Shown here: in pieces, positions 1-8,855 of the stretch
Numbering within the stretch: position 1 is the stretch's first letter
Layout: every line of letters begins with the position of its first letter
NCBI GenBank assembly: GCA_017429475.1
Contig: JAFROX010000006.1
Location: forward strand, 126,008-190,007
Source of the DNA: Bacteroidales bacterium
GTDB lineage: Bacteria > Bacteroidota > Bacteroidia > Bacteroidales > UBA932
Length of the DNA: 64,000 nt
Direction: 5' to 3'
The notes under the pieces: model-generated
What the model was told of the DNA's origin: nothing
Database searches by the model: none
What the model saw: the letters and a program-made list of their open reading frames with translations, nothing else
Position numbers and translations under genes: made by a program

Positions 1-177
1 CGGGAAGCTGTTGGGAACTATCATGCAAGCCTGCTTTCCGAGCTGTTTCAGGAAGTGGTACATTGCAGATACAGAGCCTATTGCGTCTCCGTCAGGGTTG
101 GCATGGCCAACCAGGACTATGCTTTTGCCTGAGCCGATCGTGCTCCACAGCTGTTCCGAGTTTTTAAGTGTTCTCAC
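1..177 (-). CDS. nrnA: 5' part of a DHH-family phosphoesterase (NrnA-like oligoribonuclease/pAp phosphatase); runs off the left edge
   Basis: Absent from the ORF track because it has no stop in the window. The reverse complement of 1-177 reads GTG-RTLKNSEQLWSTIGSGKSIVLVGHANPDGDAIGSVSAMYHFLKQLGKQACMIVPNSFP. GHANPDGDAIGS is the DHH-family metal-binding motif region. An in-frame TAG (178-180) lies immediately upstream of the GTG at 175-177. Confidence 0.7.
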   Translation of the reverse strand, partial: MRTLKNSEQLWSTIGSGKSIVLVGHANPDGDAIGSVSAMYHFLKQLGKQACMIVPNSFP

Positions 178-236
178 CTATGAAAAATTATTTTCTGCAA
201 AAATAAAAATATATTGCAAGGACTAAATATTATTTT

Positions 237-244
237 TACTTTTG
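237..244 (+). promoter_or_regulatory. Candidate Bacteroidota -7 promoter box (TACTTTTG = TAnnTTTG)
   Basis: Exact match to the TAnnTTTG -7 consensus of Bacteroides primary-sigma promoters, 62 nt upstream of the ATG at 306. No clear -33 TTTG was seen. Confidence 0.3.
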
Positions 245-305
245 TAAATCAGATTAGAATCTCTGTGTAAGCACTGATTGATAGAATAAAAAAATAATAA
301 ATAAC

Positions 306-914
306 ATGAGAAAACTTCTTACTTTCGTCATTTGCCCGCTGATCATCATTGGCCTCGCGTATCTGCTTGTGAAGAGCATCCAGCAACCCGTACAGTTCAA
401 CAAGGAGAAAGCCGCCAGAGAGGCTGACGCTATCACTATCCTGAAGGATATCCGTACCCTCCAGGTTGCCTACAAGAACGTGTACAACCATTATGCTCCT
501 TCAATGGACTCTCTCGTTGATTTCTACAATAACGGCGAGATGACCATCGTAAAGCAGATCGGTTCAATGGATGACTCGGTAGCAGTTGCCCAGAAACTCG
601 TAAGACGTGAGGTTATGAAACTTCCGGTTCGTGACACCCTTTTCAATGACAGGAGTGGTTTCAATCCCGACAATCTTCGCACCATCCCTTATTCAGGCGG
701 CGACCCGGTTATCTTGAAGTCAGATGTCAAAGTGGTTTCAGGTGTGAACGTTCCTCTGTTCGAGGCCGACATCCCTTACAACTCACTTCTCAAAGGTATG
801 GATCATCAGCTTCTCGTAAACCTCAATTTCGAGAGAGCCGACCAGGGCCGTTATCCCGGACTCCAGGTAGGTAGCATCGACAATCCTAACAACAACGCCG
901 GTAACTGGGAGTAG
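306..914 (+). CDS. Hypothetical membrane-anchored protein
   Basis: 202-aa ATG ORF with an N-terminal hydrophobic anchor (LLTFVICPLIIIGLAYLLV). No catalytic motif recognised. Its stop overlaps the next ORF. Confidence 0.6.
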   Translation: MRKLLTFVICPLIIIGLAYLLVKSIQQPVQFNKEKAAREADAITILKDIRTLQVAYKNVYNHYAPSMDSLVDFYNNGEMTIVKQIGSMDDSVAVAQKLVRREVMKLPVRDTLFNDRSGFNPDNLRTIPYSGGDPVILKSDVKVVSGVNVPLFEADIPYNSLLKGMDHQLLVNLNFERADQGRYPGLQVGSIDNPNNNAGNWE

Positions 915-1363
915 TGGAGAAATACACGCTCGTTCCGCGAGAGTTCTTCAACGGCGACGTACAGATTCTGTCACAAGTGGTTGGGGTCTCTCCTTCGGAG
1001 ACAATAGAATATGTAGAACTGCCCGATTTTGAGGCAGTTCTGCTTTTTGTACCCGGCCAGGACGGGGACAAGCCTGTTATTTATGACCTGCTTTGCAGGC
1101 TTGGCGGTATCGGCGATTACAACAAAGTGCTGTTCTGCATCAAGGACTCGGTGCTTCATCTTGCCATAGGAGCAGGGGAGAAACTGCTTCTCGCCAATTC
1201 ATACGAGGCGAAGGATTTCACCACTGCGATGTACTTCATCTTCGCGGCTATGCACGACCTTCAGATCAATCCTCAGATGACTACCCTGTACTACACCGGG
1301 ACGGTCGCCTATGACAACCAGGAGCTTTTGTTCTCCTACTTTAAAGGAGTGGAAGCCATATGA
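914..1363 (+). CDS. Hypothetical protein (possibly the DUF3822-type gene that usually precedes rsmD in Bacteroidales; not verifiable here)
   Basis: The GTG start overlaps the upstream stop (TAGTG). Its stop overlaps the rsmD start (ATGA at 1360-1363), so it is translationally coupled on both sides. Confidence 0.5.
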   Translation: MEKYTLVPREFFNGDVQILSQVVGVSPSETIEYVELPDFEAVLLFVPGQDGDKPVIYDLLCRLGGIGDYNKVLFCIKDSVLHLAIGAGEKLLLANSYEAKDFTTAMYFIFAAMHDLQINPQMTTLYYTGTVAYDNQELLFSYFKGVEAI

Positions 1364-1893
1364 GGATAATCGGAGGCAGACTTAAGGGAAAGTCCATCCT
1401 GCCGCCGGCCAATTATGCTGCGAGGCCTACGACGGATTTTGCCAAGGAAGGCCTGTTCAATACTCTGGTCAATGAGATGGATTTCGAGAGCATCTCTATG
1501 CTAGACCTGTTCTCCGGTACCGGCAGCATCTCTTTTGAAGCTGCATCCAGGGGTTGTGCAGACATTATATCCGTCGAGATGAATCCGGCAAATGCGCGTT
1601 TCATCAAGCAGACCGCCGCGGCTCTCGGGCTGAAAGGGATGCAGGTGGTCCACCACAATGTCTTCGACTTCCTGAACATCTGCACGAAGAAGTTCGATTT
1701 CGTATTTGCAGATCCCCCTTATGCCATTGACAATCTCGAAGGCATTCCCGACAAGGTTTTTGGAGCGGACATCCTCAATGAAGGAGCTCTGCTGGTTCTC
1801 GAGCATCCGGGAACTTTTGCATTCAAGGACCATCCTCGCTTCGTCAAGGAACGCAAGTACGGAAACGTGCATTTCAGTTATTTCAGGAAATAA
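1360..1893 (+). CDS. rsmD: 16S rRNA (guanine966-N2)-methyltransferase RsmD
   Basis: 177 aa starting MRIIGG.LKG..I, with a SAM-binding LDLFSGTGSISFEA segment and the FADPPY catalytic motif. Size is typical of RsmD. Confidence 0.85.
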   Translation: MRIIGGRLKGKSILPPANYAARPTTDFAKEGLFNTLVNEMDFESISMLDLFSGTGSISFEAASRGCADIISVEMNPANARFIKQTAAALGLKGMQVVHHNVFDFLNICTKKFDFVFADPPYAIDNLEGIPDKVFGADILNEGALLVLEHPGTFAFKDHPRFVKERKYGNVHFSYFRK

Positions 1894-1896
1894 AAA

Positions 1897-1925
1897 AACC
1901 AGTCGAATCGACTGGTTTTTCTTTT
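1897..1925. terminator. Bidirectional intrinsic terminator shared by rsmD (+) and tRNA-Asp (-)
   Basis: AACCAGTCG-AAT-CGACTGGTT hairpin, flanked by an A-run upstream (1892-1898) and TTTTTCTTTT downstream. It sits between the two convergent genes. Confidence 0.7.
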
Positions 1926-1926
1926 G

Positions 1927-2001
1927 CGGTGCGGACGAGGCTCGAACTCGCGACCCCCGGCGTGACAGGCCGGTATTCTAACCAAACTGAACTACCGCAC
2001 C
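1927..2001 (-). tRNA. tRNA-Asp (anticodon GTC)
   Basis: The reverse complement is GGTGCGGTAGTTCAGTTTGGTTAGAATACCGGCCTGTCACGCCGGGGGTCGCGAGTTCGAGCCTCGTCCGCACCG. It folds as a 75-nt cloverleaf with a 7-bp acceptor stem, anticodon stem CCGGC/GCCGG with loop CTGTCAC, and a GTTCGAG T-loop. CCA is not encoded. Confidence 0.93.
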
Positions 2002-2038
2002 ATTTTCCCGATTGGGACTGCAAATATAGACAATAATC

Positions 2039-2069
2039 AAAAAAGTGCAAATAACTCAGCACTTTTTTT
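2039..2069 (-). terminator. Intrinsic terminator downstream of the 2081-2524 gene
   Basis: On the minus strand an AAGTGC...GCACTT stem (10-nt loop) is followed by TTTTGATTATT, beginning 12 nt past the stop codon. Confidence 0.5.
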
Positions 2070-2080
2070 ATGCCTATATT

Positions 2081-2524
2081 TTATTTCTTGCGTCTTGCCT
2101 CGCGGGCAGCCTTTTTCGCGGCCTTGCTGGCCTCGGCTGCACGCTTTTCCTGCTCCACTGCACTTTTGGTTCGGAAAATGATTACTCCGTTCTGGCCCTG
2201 CATTCCGTAGATCGATGCGGTACCGTCCTTGATGACTTCTACTGAATAGATGTCCTCAGGAAGCAGATAGGTCACGTTGTCGGTGATGATGCCGTCAACG
2301 ACGAACAGCGGCTGGGTATTTTCCGTGTTGGTGCTGACTCCGCGGACATATATCTTCGGCATTACTCCATTTCCACCACCTGGAGCGACATATACGCCCG
2401 GCTCGTTGCGCAGCAACTCGAAGACATTGTTATATACGGTCTTGCCGGTCTTTACCTTCTCCTGTGCGCACACAGTGCCTCCAAGCATCAGAATGGCGGC
2501 AATAATCATCAGTATTCTTTTCAT
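2081..2524 (-). CDS. Small secreted protein consisting only of a TonB-dependent-receptor plug domain with a Lys/Ala-rich tail
   Basis: Signal peptide MKRILMIIAAILMLGGTVCAQ. Plug signatures are IYVRGVST....PLFVVDGI and IYSVEVIKDGTASIYGMQGQNGVIIFRTK. It ends in EQEKRAAEASKAAKKAAREARRKK and has no barrel. Confidence 0.7.
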   Translation of the reverse strand: MKRILMIIAAILMLGGTVCAQEKVKTGKTVYNNVFELLRNEPGVYVAPGGGNGVMPKIYVRGVSTNTENTQPLFVVDGIITDNVTYLLPEDIYSVEVIKDGTASIYGMQGQNGVIIFRTKSAVEQEKRAAEASKAAKKAAREARRKK

Positions 2525-2658
2525 AGCATCGCGTTGTTTGTGTCAAAGTTAGCGTTTTTTTCAATAATGCGACAAAAGCAATAAACTTGCCATCGTCTGT
2601 CCAGGCTTGCTCTTTTGGATTACTATGCGTAACTTTCTGAAAAGAAAAACCAACTGCT

Positions 2659-4155
2659 ATGAAAAAACTTCTGATACTTCTCTGCGCCCTTGCACTTGCC
2701 TCGTGCGCAAACACTCCGAACAATCCTGTCCTTACAATCGAAGGTGGCCAGATCCAGGGTGTCCAGTTGGATGACGCTCCCGGCGTTACCGTATACCGTG
2801 GCATCCCTTATGCCGCTCCGCCCATCGGTCAGAACCGCTGGCGCGCTCCGCAGCCGGTCGTTCCGTGGGATGGCGTCCGCATCTGCGACAAGTTCGGACA
2901 TCCTGCATTCCAGGCAGCCCATTATCCTGGTGGATATACCACTGAGTGGGGCTATGGCGATGAGGCTCCCTACAGCGAGGACTGCCTCTATCTGAATGTA
3001 TGGACCAAGGCACCCGGTCAGCCCGAGAAGAAACTGCCCGTGGCTGTGTGGATCTTTGGAGGTGGCCTTCGTGAAGGCTGGGGCAGCGAGCCTGAGTTCG
3101 ACGGCAAGAACTGGGCGACCAAGGACGTGGTGCTGGTATCATTCAACTATCGTGTCGGACCATTCGGCTTCTTCGCACATCCTGAATTGTCGGCAGAGAA
3201 TCCCGAGCATCCCACAGGCAACTGGGGAACCCTCGATCAGATCGAAGTGCTGAAGTGGGTGAAACGCAACATCGCACAGTTCGGCGGTGACCCTGATAAC
3301 GTGATGATCTTCGGACAGAGCGCCGGAGGCCGCAGCACAAAGTTCCTGAGCGCATCTCCGCTCACCAAGGGCCTGTTCAACAAGGCGGTCATAATGAGCG
3401 GCAGCGGCCTTGTCGATCCGCGTGTGCCGGTGGCGGCTCCGTCAATCCCCGGTATGCCGGCAATGCGTATGCCCGTGCAGTCCCAGCCCACTCTTGCAGA
3501 AGCCGAGGCTTCCACCAAGGAAGTTGCTGACTGGGCCGGATTCAAGGACCTCGCCTCGCTGCGCAGGGCTTCTACCGAGACTATTTTCGCAATGGCGACC
3601 CTGTATACTTCCTCAACCGGCAAACGCAGCGTCCTTTCAGCATCGCCTATCGCTCCTTATATTGACGGATATGTTCTGAACGAGACCTTTGACGAGGCCT
3701 GCATCGACGGAACGCTTGCACAGGTGCCTTATATGATAGGCTATACCCTTAACGACGCCGGAAGCATGGGTGAGCAGATCCGCGCTTTCTGCCTCAACAG
3801 GGAGGAGATGGGAGGCAAGGCCTACGCCTACCAGTTCGCACGTCCCCTGCCCACGGACGGAAGGCCTAACGTCCTGTCCGGTGCGTTCCACTCTTCCGAC
3901 CTCTGGTTCGTGTTCAAGTCTCTTGAACACTGCTGGAGACCCTGGACCCAGGGCGACTGGGACCTGTCGGAAAGAATGCTCACTGCGTGGTCGAACTTTG
4001 CGAAATATGCTGACCCGAACGGTCCTGACGGCGGCGAATGGACTCCCTATACCAAGGCTAAACCCGAGTTTATGGTATGGAAGCTCAACGACGCCGATGC
4101 CGAAGACTCAGCGATGGGAGAGCCTCTGGTTCCTCCGCGTCCGGCAGGCAGATAG
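2659..4155 (+). CDS. Type-B carboxylesterase/lipase family lipoprotein (para-nitrobenzyl-esterase-like)
   Basis: Lipobox LALASC. N-terminal IEGGQIQGV...YRGIPYAAPPIG.NRW, EDCLYLNVW, and the nucleophile elbow GQSAGG. Confidence 0.85.
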   Translation: MKKLLILLCALALASCANTPNNPVLTIEGGQIQGVQLDDAPGVTVYRGIPYAAPPIGQNRWRAPQPVVPWDGVRICDKFGHPAFQAAHYPGGYTTEWGYGDEAPYSEDCLYLNVWTKAPGQPEKKLPVAVWIFGGGLREGWGSEPEFDGKNWATKDVVLVSFNYRVGPFGFFAHPELSAENPEHPTGNWGTLDQIEVLKWVKRNIAQFGGDPDNVMIFGQSAGGRSTKFLSASPLTKGLFNKAVIMSGSGLVDPRVPVAAPSIPGMPAMRMPVQSQPTLAEAEASTKEVADWAGFKDLASLRRASTETIFAMATLYTSSTGKRSVLSASPIAPYIDGYVLNETFDEACIDGTLAQVPYMIGYTLNDAGSMGEQIRAFCLNREEMGGKAYAYQFARPLPTDGRPNVLSGAFHSSDLWFVFKSLEHCWRPWTQGDWDLSERMLTAWSNFAKYADPNGPDGGEWTPYTKAKPEFMVWKLNDADAEDSAMGEPLVPPRPAGR

Positions 4156-4158
4156 TCC

Positions 4159-6246
4159 CTACAGGTTTTCGAAACTGATCTTGTAGATTTTGGATGTGGT
4201 GTCGTCACCCATCCAGATGCAACTGTGTTCGTGATCGACGCAGATTGACTCCGGATTGTCGATGAACGGCACGTTCCAGGATGCCAGCACGTCACCGTCG
4301 ATGGTGCACAGGTTTAGTGTGCGCTGCTCGCTGTCGGCTATCCAGAGCACGTCGCGGACGGAATCATAGTACAGGTCAGCAATCTCTGTGGTGCCGGTCA
4401 GGTCATTATATCCGGTGACTTCTCCCTTCACGGAATAACGCATCAGCCTTATCGGTTTCCACTGGTTGCCGACCAGCAGGGTGCCGTCCTTGTAGAAGGT
4501 CACGGCTTCCAAGCCGTCGTTCGTGCCCAGCCCTACATCAGATATGACGCCGAGCAGTTCGGATGTCTTGTAGCCGGGAGCGGCAAGGCGGTGAACCTCC
4601 TGCTTGCGCTCAACTATATAATAGACATCCTTGGTTGTCGGGTCCATCGTGACGCCTTCGCAGTCCATCCTTTCTTCGGTATAGAATGCAGTGGTATTTC
4701 CGTCCCAGCTTATATGGTATACTCCGTTTTCGTCCGAAGCGGCCAGCAGACCGTTGCCGTCAGGAGCGAGGCACAGGCCGGAAACCTCCGGACAGGTTGT
4801 TTCCATTATGGTGTAAGCGCCCATCTTCGGCAGATAGCGTGACGGGCTTACGGTGATGATTACACGGCGGTAAGATGGAAGGGTGAAGGCTCCGTCATCG
4901 TGGACTTCGCATATGAGATGCAGCTGGCAGGGCGCTGAATCTTCGGGGATTTGGAAACGGATGCGGGCTGAGGTTGAATCTTCCAGAGCGGGGAACGCTC
5001 CTGCACTTGGAAATTCCTGGAACCACCAGTGGAAACTCAGTCTGTCTCCGTCCGGATCTTTCGAGCGTGATGCATCAAGCGTGACTGTCTGTCCAGGTTT
5101 TGCATTTATTTCGATGGGCTCCAGACCGCCTTTCCCGTTGATGACGACCACCGGGTTGCGGTTGCCCTTGCCTTCTGCAGCCCACTGCATACGGGCGGCA
5201 AAATCGTTGAATTCATCAGGATAGAAACGCTTTTCGTAGCGGTCAGACATATCTTTCTCGGGCTGGCGCCAGTTGGTCCAGGCCTTGGTCCGGAAGTCCG
5301 GACTGCGGCCAAGGAAATGCATTCCGCCCCATCCGACCTGAGTGGGGTCATCAGGATTGTTCAGGCCATTGGGCATCACGTGCAGGAAACTGGGAGTGTC
5401 GCCTTCCACGCCCCATAGGAAATGAGGATATACGTTGCCAAGAGCTCCGTGCCCCTGGATATGTTCGGCATAGGAATCCCAGTCGGCGCGTCCGAGGGCA
5501 TTCTGGTTGAGCCAGGCACTTTCGTCCCATACAAGCATAAGCTGGTCATAGAAGTCGCGGCGCAGCCACTGGTGTGAGCTGTATGCCCGGTCGGCACGCA
5601 TTGCATATACCATATCCTGGTCGGTGATGGTATAGAGACGGAATTTGCGCAGAAATGCGCTTAATTCTTCAGCAGAACGATCGTGCTGCACTCTCCACAC
5701 TGCCTGTGCGAAAGTGTTCGCTCCACCCCAGACACATACCCAGATGGGGCGGTCATCTTCTTCGTCGGCGAGGCGGATGATCAGTTCGCTGCCCGGAGTG
5801 TCGTTGTCTTCTCCAATCACACCTATACCGGCTTTCGGACTGCCATAAACCGTACGGCTGCGGAGATAGCCGGCACTGGGCCAGTATCCGAGTTCCTGGC
5901 TGCCCTGTTCCTGCTTCAATGGCAGGAATCCGTCCTGTGCGGAGCGTTTCATCAGATTGGGGACATCCTGCTCATAGGCGTCTACCACACGGTGGAGGTA
6001 CTCTGCCCACTCGGGAGGGTAGGGGTCGCAGTTCCAGCCGATGGTCGTTATCAGGGCTTCTATCTCGAAGCGGTCGGCATAGGCCATCAGGCGTACTGCC
6101 GACTCGTTGTCATCGGGCTCCACATCTGCAGGGCCGATGTCTGTCAGCACCACTATGCGAGGTTTGAGGGCTTCTTCGTCTTTCTGTACTCTTGTGCATC
6201 CGATGACGGCTGTCAGGAATATGGCTGCAAAGAAAAATCTATTCAT
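4159..6246 (-). CDS. Lipoprotein fusing a DUF1593 (nucleoside-hydrolase-like) domain, an Ig-like middle domain and a C-terminal SdiA-regulated/YjiK-type beta-propeller
   Basis: Lipobox AVIGC. N-terminal IVVLTDIGPADVEPDDNESAVRLMAYADRFEIEALITT is typical of DUF1593. The middle segment is NRNPVVVINGKGG...DASRSKDPDGDRLSFHWW. The C-terminus has PEVSGLCLAPDG...DCEGVTMD...NDGLEAVTF repeats, as in SdiA-regulated domains. Confidence 0.65.
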   Translation of the reverse strand: MNRFFFAAIFLTAVIGCTRVQKDEEALKPRIVVLTDIGPADVEPDDNESAVRLMAYADRFEIEALITTIGWNCDPYPPEWAEYLHRVVDAYEQDVPNLMKRSAQDGFLPLKQEQGSQELGYWPSAGYLRSRTVYGSPKAGIGVIGEDNDTPGSELIIRLADEEDDRPIWVCVWGGANTFAQAVWRVQHDRSAEELSAFLRKFRLYTITDQDMVYAMRADRAYSSHQWLRRDFYDQLMLVWDESAWLNQNALGRADWDSYAEHIQGHGALGNVYPHFLWGVEGDTPSFLHVMPNGLNNPDDPTQVGWGGMHFLGRSPDFRTKAWTNWRQPEKDMSDRYEKRFYPDEFNDFAARMQWAAEGKGNRNPVVVINGKGGLEPIEINAKPGQTVTLDASRSKDPDGDRLSFHWWFQEFPSAGAFPALEDSTSARIRFQIPEDSAPCQLHLICEVHDDGAFTLPSYRRVIITVSPSRYLPKMGAYTIMETTCPEVSGLCLAPDGNGLLAASDENGVYHISWDGNTTAFYTEERMDCEGVTMDPTTKDVYYIVERKQEVHRLAAPGYKTSELLGVISDVGLGTNDGLEAVTFYKDGTLLVGNQWKPIRLMRYSVKGEVTGYNDLTGTTEIADLYYDSVRDVLWIADSEQRTLNLCTIDGDVLASWNVPFIDNPESICVDHEHSCIWMGDDTTSKIYKISFENL

Positions 6247-7030
6247 TCTTCCAGGCTTTTTTAGCTATGAACAATGCGAAGCAGGCTACGACAAGTGCTT
6301 CGACGAAGCATATGGTTTCGAGTGCAAAAATGCTTACTGACTTCTGGAGAAAGACAAGCATACCGTCTACGAAAGCGTGGATGAGGATGGTTGCGGGCAG
6401 AAGCCACATCCATCCGCCGCCCTTTCGCACTGCGGTCCATACCAGTACGGACATGGATATCTGAAGTATGATGGCGGAAATCCTTTCCCACATTCCAAGC
6501 AGATATGATGTAGCGGGAGTGGAAGTTATCTGGTCCAACTGTGCCTGGAGCTGCTCGTGAGCACTTGCCGGGGTTTGGGCGAGAAGTGAGTCAGTCTGGC
6601 CGCTGTTGAGCATAATGGCCATTACCAGAGTCGAGATGGAGCCCAGGCCGAACAGCAGAAGCATCTCGGCTCCGCCGTGTCCGACTCCGTAGCCCACGCC
6701 GGTCATAATTCTGTCAGGTTCTTTCTTAAGCAGGAACTTCATCGCCAGAAAACGACCGAACTCCTCGAACAAGCCGGCCATCAGGCCGCCGTAGAGGGCG
6801 TAATAGATGGGAGTGTTCAGGATAGTGTCGCCGTTCGGGCCTTTCAGCACGATGTTGTGCACTAGTGACTCCAGCACTAGGGCGAACACGATGAATGTGG
6901 CGGCACCGATCAGAATGGTGGAGAACTTGACTTTATACTTCTTTACCATCCACCAGGCCAGCAGCACGGGGACTGCGATGCCAAAGATGATGTTTAAGAC
7001 CATCATCGCAATAGAACTGGCAGGAACCAT
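6239..7030 (-). CDS. YhfC-family intramembrane (glutamic-type) metalloprotease
   Basis: Polytopic 263-aa membrane protein with the GLFEEFGRFLAMKFLL motif (EExxR) and a downstream GVGHGGAEM segment, both typical of YhfC. The stop overlaps the downstream gene start by 8 nt. Confidence 0.7.
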   Translation of the reverse strand: MVPASSIAMMVLNIIFGIAVPVLLAWWMVKKYKVKFSTILIGAATFIVFALVLESLVHNIVLKGPNGDTILNTPIYYALYGGLMAGLFEEFGRFLAMKFLLKKEPDRIMTGVGYGVGHGGAEMLLLFGLGSISTLVMAIMLNSGQTDSLLAQTPASAHEQLQAQLDQITSTPATSYLLGMWERISAIILQISMSVLVWTAVRKGGGWMWLLPATILIHAFVDGMLVFLQKSVSIFALETICFVEALVVACFALFIAKKAWKNE

Positions 7031-7051
7031 ACAGAATAATTTTATAATTGT

Positions 7052-8542
7052 TTAGTCGTCGTCAGAATCACCCATTATTATCACCAGATTGTCACCTACC
7101 TGGAGCGGCATGCTGCCGTGGGGCACGAGGAACTTGCCGTCGCGGCGCACCATCATCACACGGATGCCGTGGGGAAGGTGCAGGTCGCGCAGGGTCGCAC
7201 CTCCGGTCAGGTCTTCTTCGGTAACGATATGGTCGCGAAGCATACCCATCTCGTCGGGTATCTCCATTCCGAAAGTCTCAACCTTGGGAGTGTCTTCGTA
7301 GCAGAGCCTGAGCATTTTCGCGAATGAGCCGAGCGTGGTGCCCTGGAAGGCCAGCGAGAAGAGAGTGATAATGAATACGATGTTGAATATGTCATCCGCA
7401 CCGTTTACCCCTTCGACAACGGGATACAGGGCGAAAAGAATGGGACCGGCACCCTTGAGGCCTACCCAGGAGGTAAGCAGCTTTGCACGGCCGGACAGTT
7501 TCCGGAAAGGCAGAAGGCTCAGGAATACGCTTGCCGGACGGGCCACGAACATCATGAACAAGCCTATGAGGATGGCAGGAAGCAGTACCGGGGGCATCTG
7601 TGAAGGCCTTGCCAGCAAACCGAGCACAAGGAACATCACCAACTGCATAAGCCAGGTGAGGCCGTCCATAAAGGTGATGATTTCTTTCCTTTGCTTGAGT
7701 TTGGCTTCGTTGCCGATTATTATGGCTGAGATGTACAGGGCCAGAAGTCCGTTTCCTTTGAGAAGCGACGCGATGCTGTTTGCGAAGAATGCGACGCTGA
7801 GGATAAGGATGGCGGTAAGAGCGAATCCAGGCAGCTTGACCTTGTTAAGCAGCCATTTCGCGGCAAAGCCTACGGCGAAACCTACGGCAACTCCGACTAC
7901 TATCTGAAGCAGGAGCACCAGAAGAGCCTGGCCCACGAGGCCTGCGCTGGTGGCAGACTGTATGCCTTCACCTGTGATCATCATTACGATAATGATGGTA
8001 AGGGTATAAGCCATCGGGTCATTACTTCCTGATTCCAGCTCCAGCATCGGGCCCAGATTCTCCCTCAAGTTCATTTTCTTTCCTCTCAGGATCGAGAAGA
8101 CGGAGGCTGAATCGGTAGACCCCATAACCGCAGCAAGAAGGAAGCAGACGAGCATCGACATCTCCATTGTCTTGCCCAGCACGAAGTAGATGAACAGTCC
8201 GGTGAGGATGACCGTCAGAAGCACGCCCAGGGTGGACAGGATCGAGCCTTGCCACAGCACAGGCTTGGTCTCCTTGAGGGAGGTCTCGAGACCTGCAGTG
8301 AGAAGGATGATGGTCATTGCAAAATGGCCGATGGCCTCCGCACCCTCATAATCTTCGAAATGGACTCCGAGTCCGTCAGAGCCTGCAAGCATTCCCAGAA
8401 GCAGGAACAACAGCAGGGAAGGCACTCCGAATCGGGTGCCAAGTTTGGTGACCATAATGGCCACGAACATCAGTATCGAGCATAACAGCAGCAGGACGTT
8501 GCCGTTAAGAAGGTCGATGGAGAAGATAGACAGCGGCATCAT
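7052..8542 (-). CDS. nhaP2: K+/H+ (CPA1, NhaP2/CvrA-type) antiporter with a C-terminal RCK_C/TrkA-C domain
   Basis: About 12 TM segments, GSNDPMAY and GSTDSASVF motifs, and a C-terminal soluble LRDLHLPHGIRVMMVRRDG...VGDNLVIIM segment. The start codon overlaps the STAS gene stop (ATGA, 8539-8542). Confidence 0.8.
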   Translation of the reverse strand: MMPLSIFSIDLLNGNVLLLLCSILMFVAIMVTKLGTRFGVPSLLLFLLLGMLAGSDGLGVHFEDYEGAEAIGHFAMTIILLTAGLETSLKETKPVLWQGSILSTLGVLLTVILTGLFIYFVLGKTMEMSMLVCFLLAAVMGSTDSASVFSILRGKKMNLRENLGPMLELESGSNDPMAYTLTIIIVMMITGEGIQSATSAGLVGQALLVLLLQIVVGVAVGFAVGFAAKWLLNKVKLPGFALTAILILSVAFFANSIASLLKGNGLLALYISAIIIGNEAKLKQRKEIITFMDGLTWLMQLVMFLVLGLLARPSQMPPVLLPAILIGLFMMFVARPASVFLSLLPFRKLSGRAKLLTSWVGLKGAGPILFALYPVVEGVNGADDIFNIVFIITLFSLAFQGTTLGSFAKMLRLCYEDTPKVETFGMEIPDEMGMLRDHIVTEEDLTGGATLRDLHLPHGIRVMMVRRDGKFLVPHGSMPLQVGDNLVIIMGDSDDD

Positions 8543-8841
8543 TCTATTTCGAAAAGATTAAGGAAACCGGTCATCATGAAAACGCTGCGGATCTCATCAT
8601 TAATGGAGCGCACGATGATCTTTCCTCCCTTTTCTGCTGCAGCTTTGCGAAGGGTGAGGAAAATGCGGAGCCCTGAACTTGAGATGTATGTCAGGTCTTT
8701 GCAGTCCAGCACGATTGTTCCGCGGGCATCTTCCTCAAGTGCCTCCAGCTGCGGTGCGAATTCCTGAGCGGCCGGAGTGTCCATACGGCCGATGAGGAAT
8801 GCTATTACTTCATTGCTTTGCTTGGTAATATTAACTTCCAT
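8539..8841 (-). CDS. STAS-domain protein (anti-sigma-factor-antagonist / RsbV-SpoIIAA type)
   Basis: 100 aa with GRMDTPAAQEF...LDCKDLTYISSSGLRIFL, which carries the conserved phosphorylatable Ser in the SSSGL context. Confidence 0.85.
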   Translation of the reverse strand: MEVNITKQSNEVIAFLIGRMDTPAAQEFAPQLEALEEDARGTIVLDCKDLTYISSSGLRIFLTLRKAAAEKGGKIIVRSINDEIRSVFMMTGFLNLFEIE

Positions 8842-8855
8842 TGTTGTATTGTTTA

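Noticed and set aside
11-226. 71-aa plus-strand ORF at the left edge
   Set aside because: The opposite strand over 1-177 encodes a convincing DHH-family (NrnA-like) N-terminus. The plus-strand peptide has no features.
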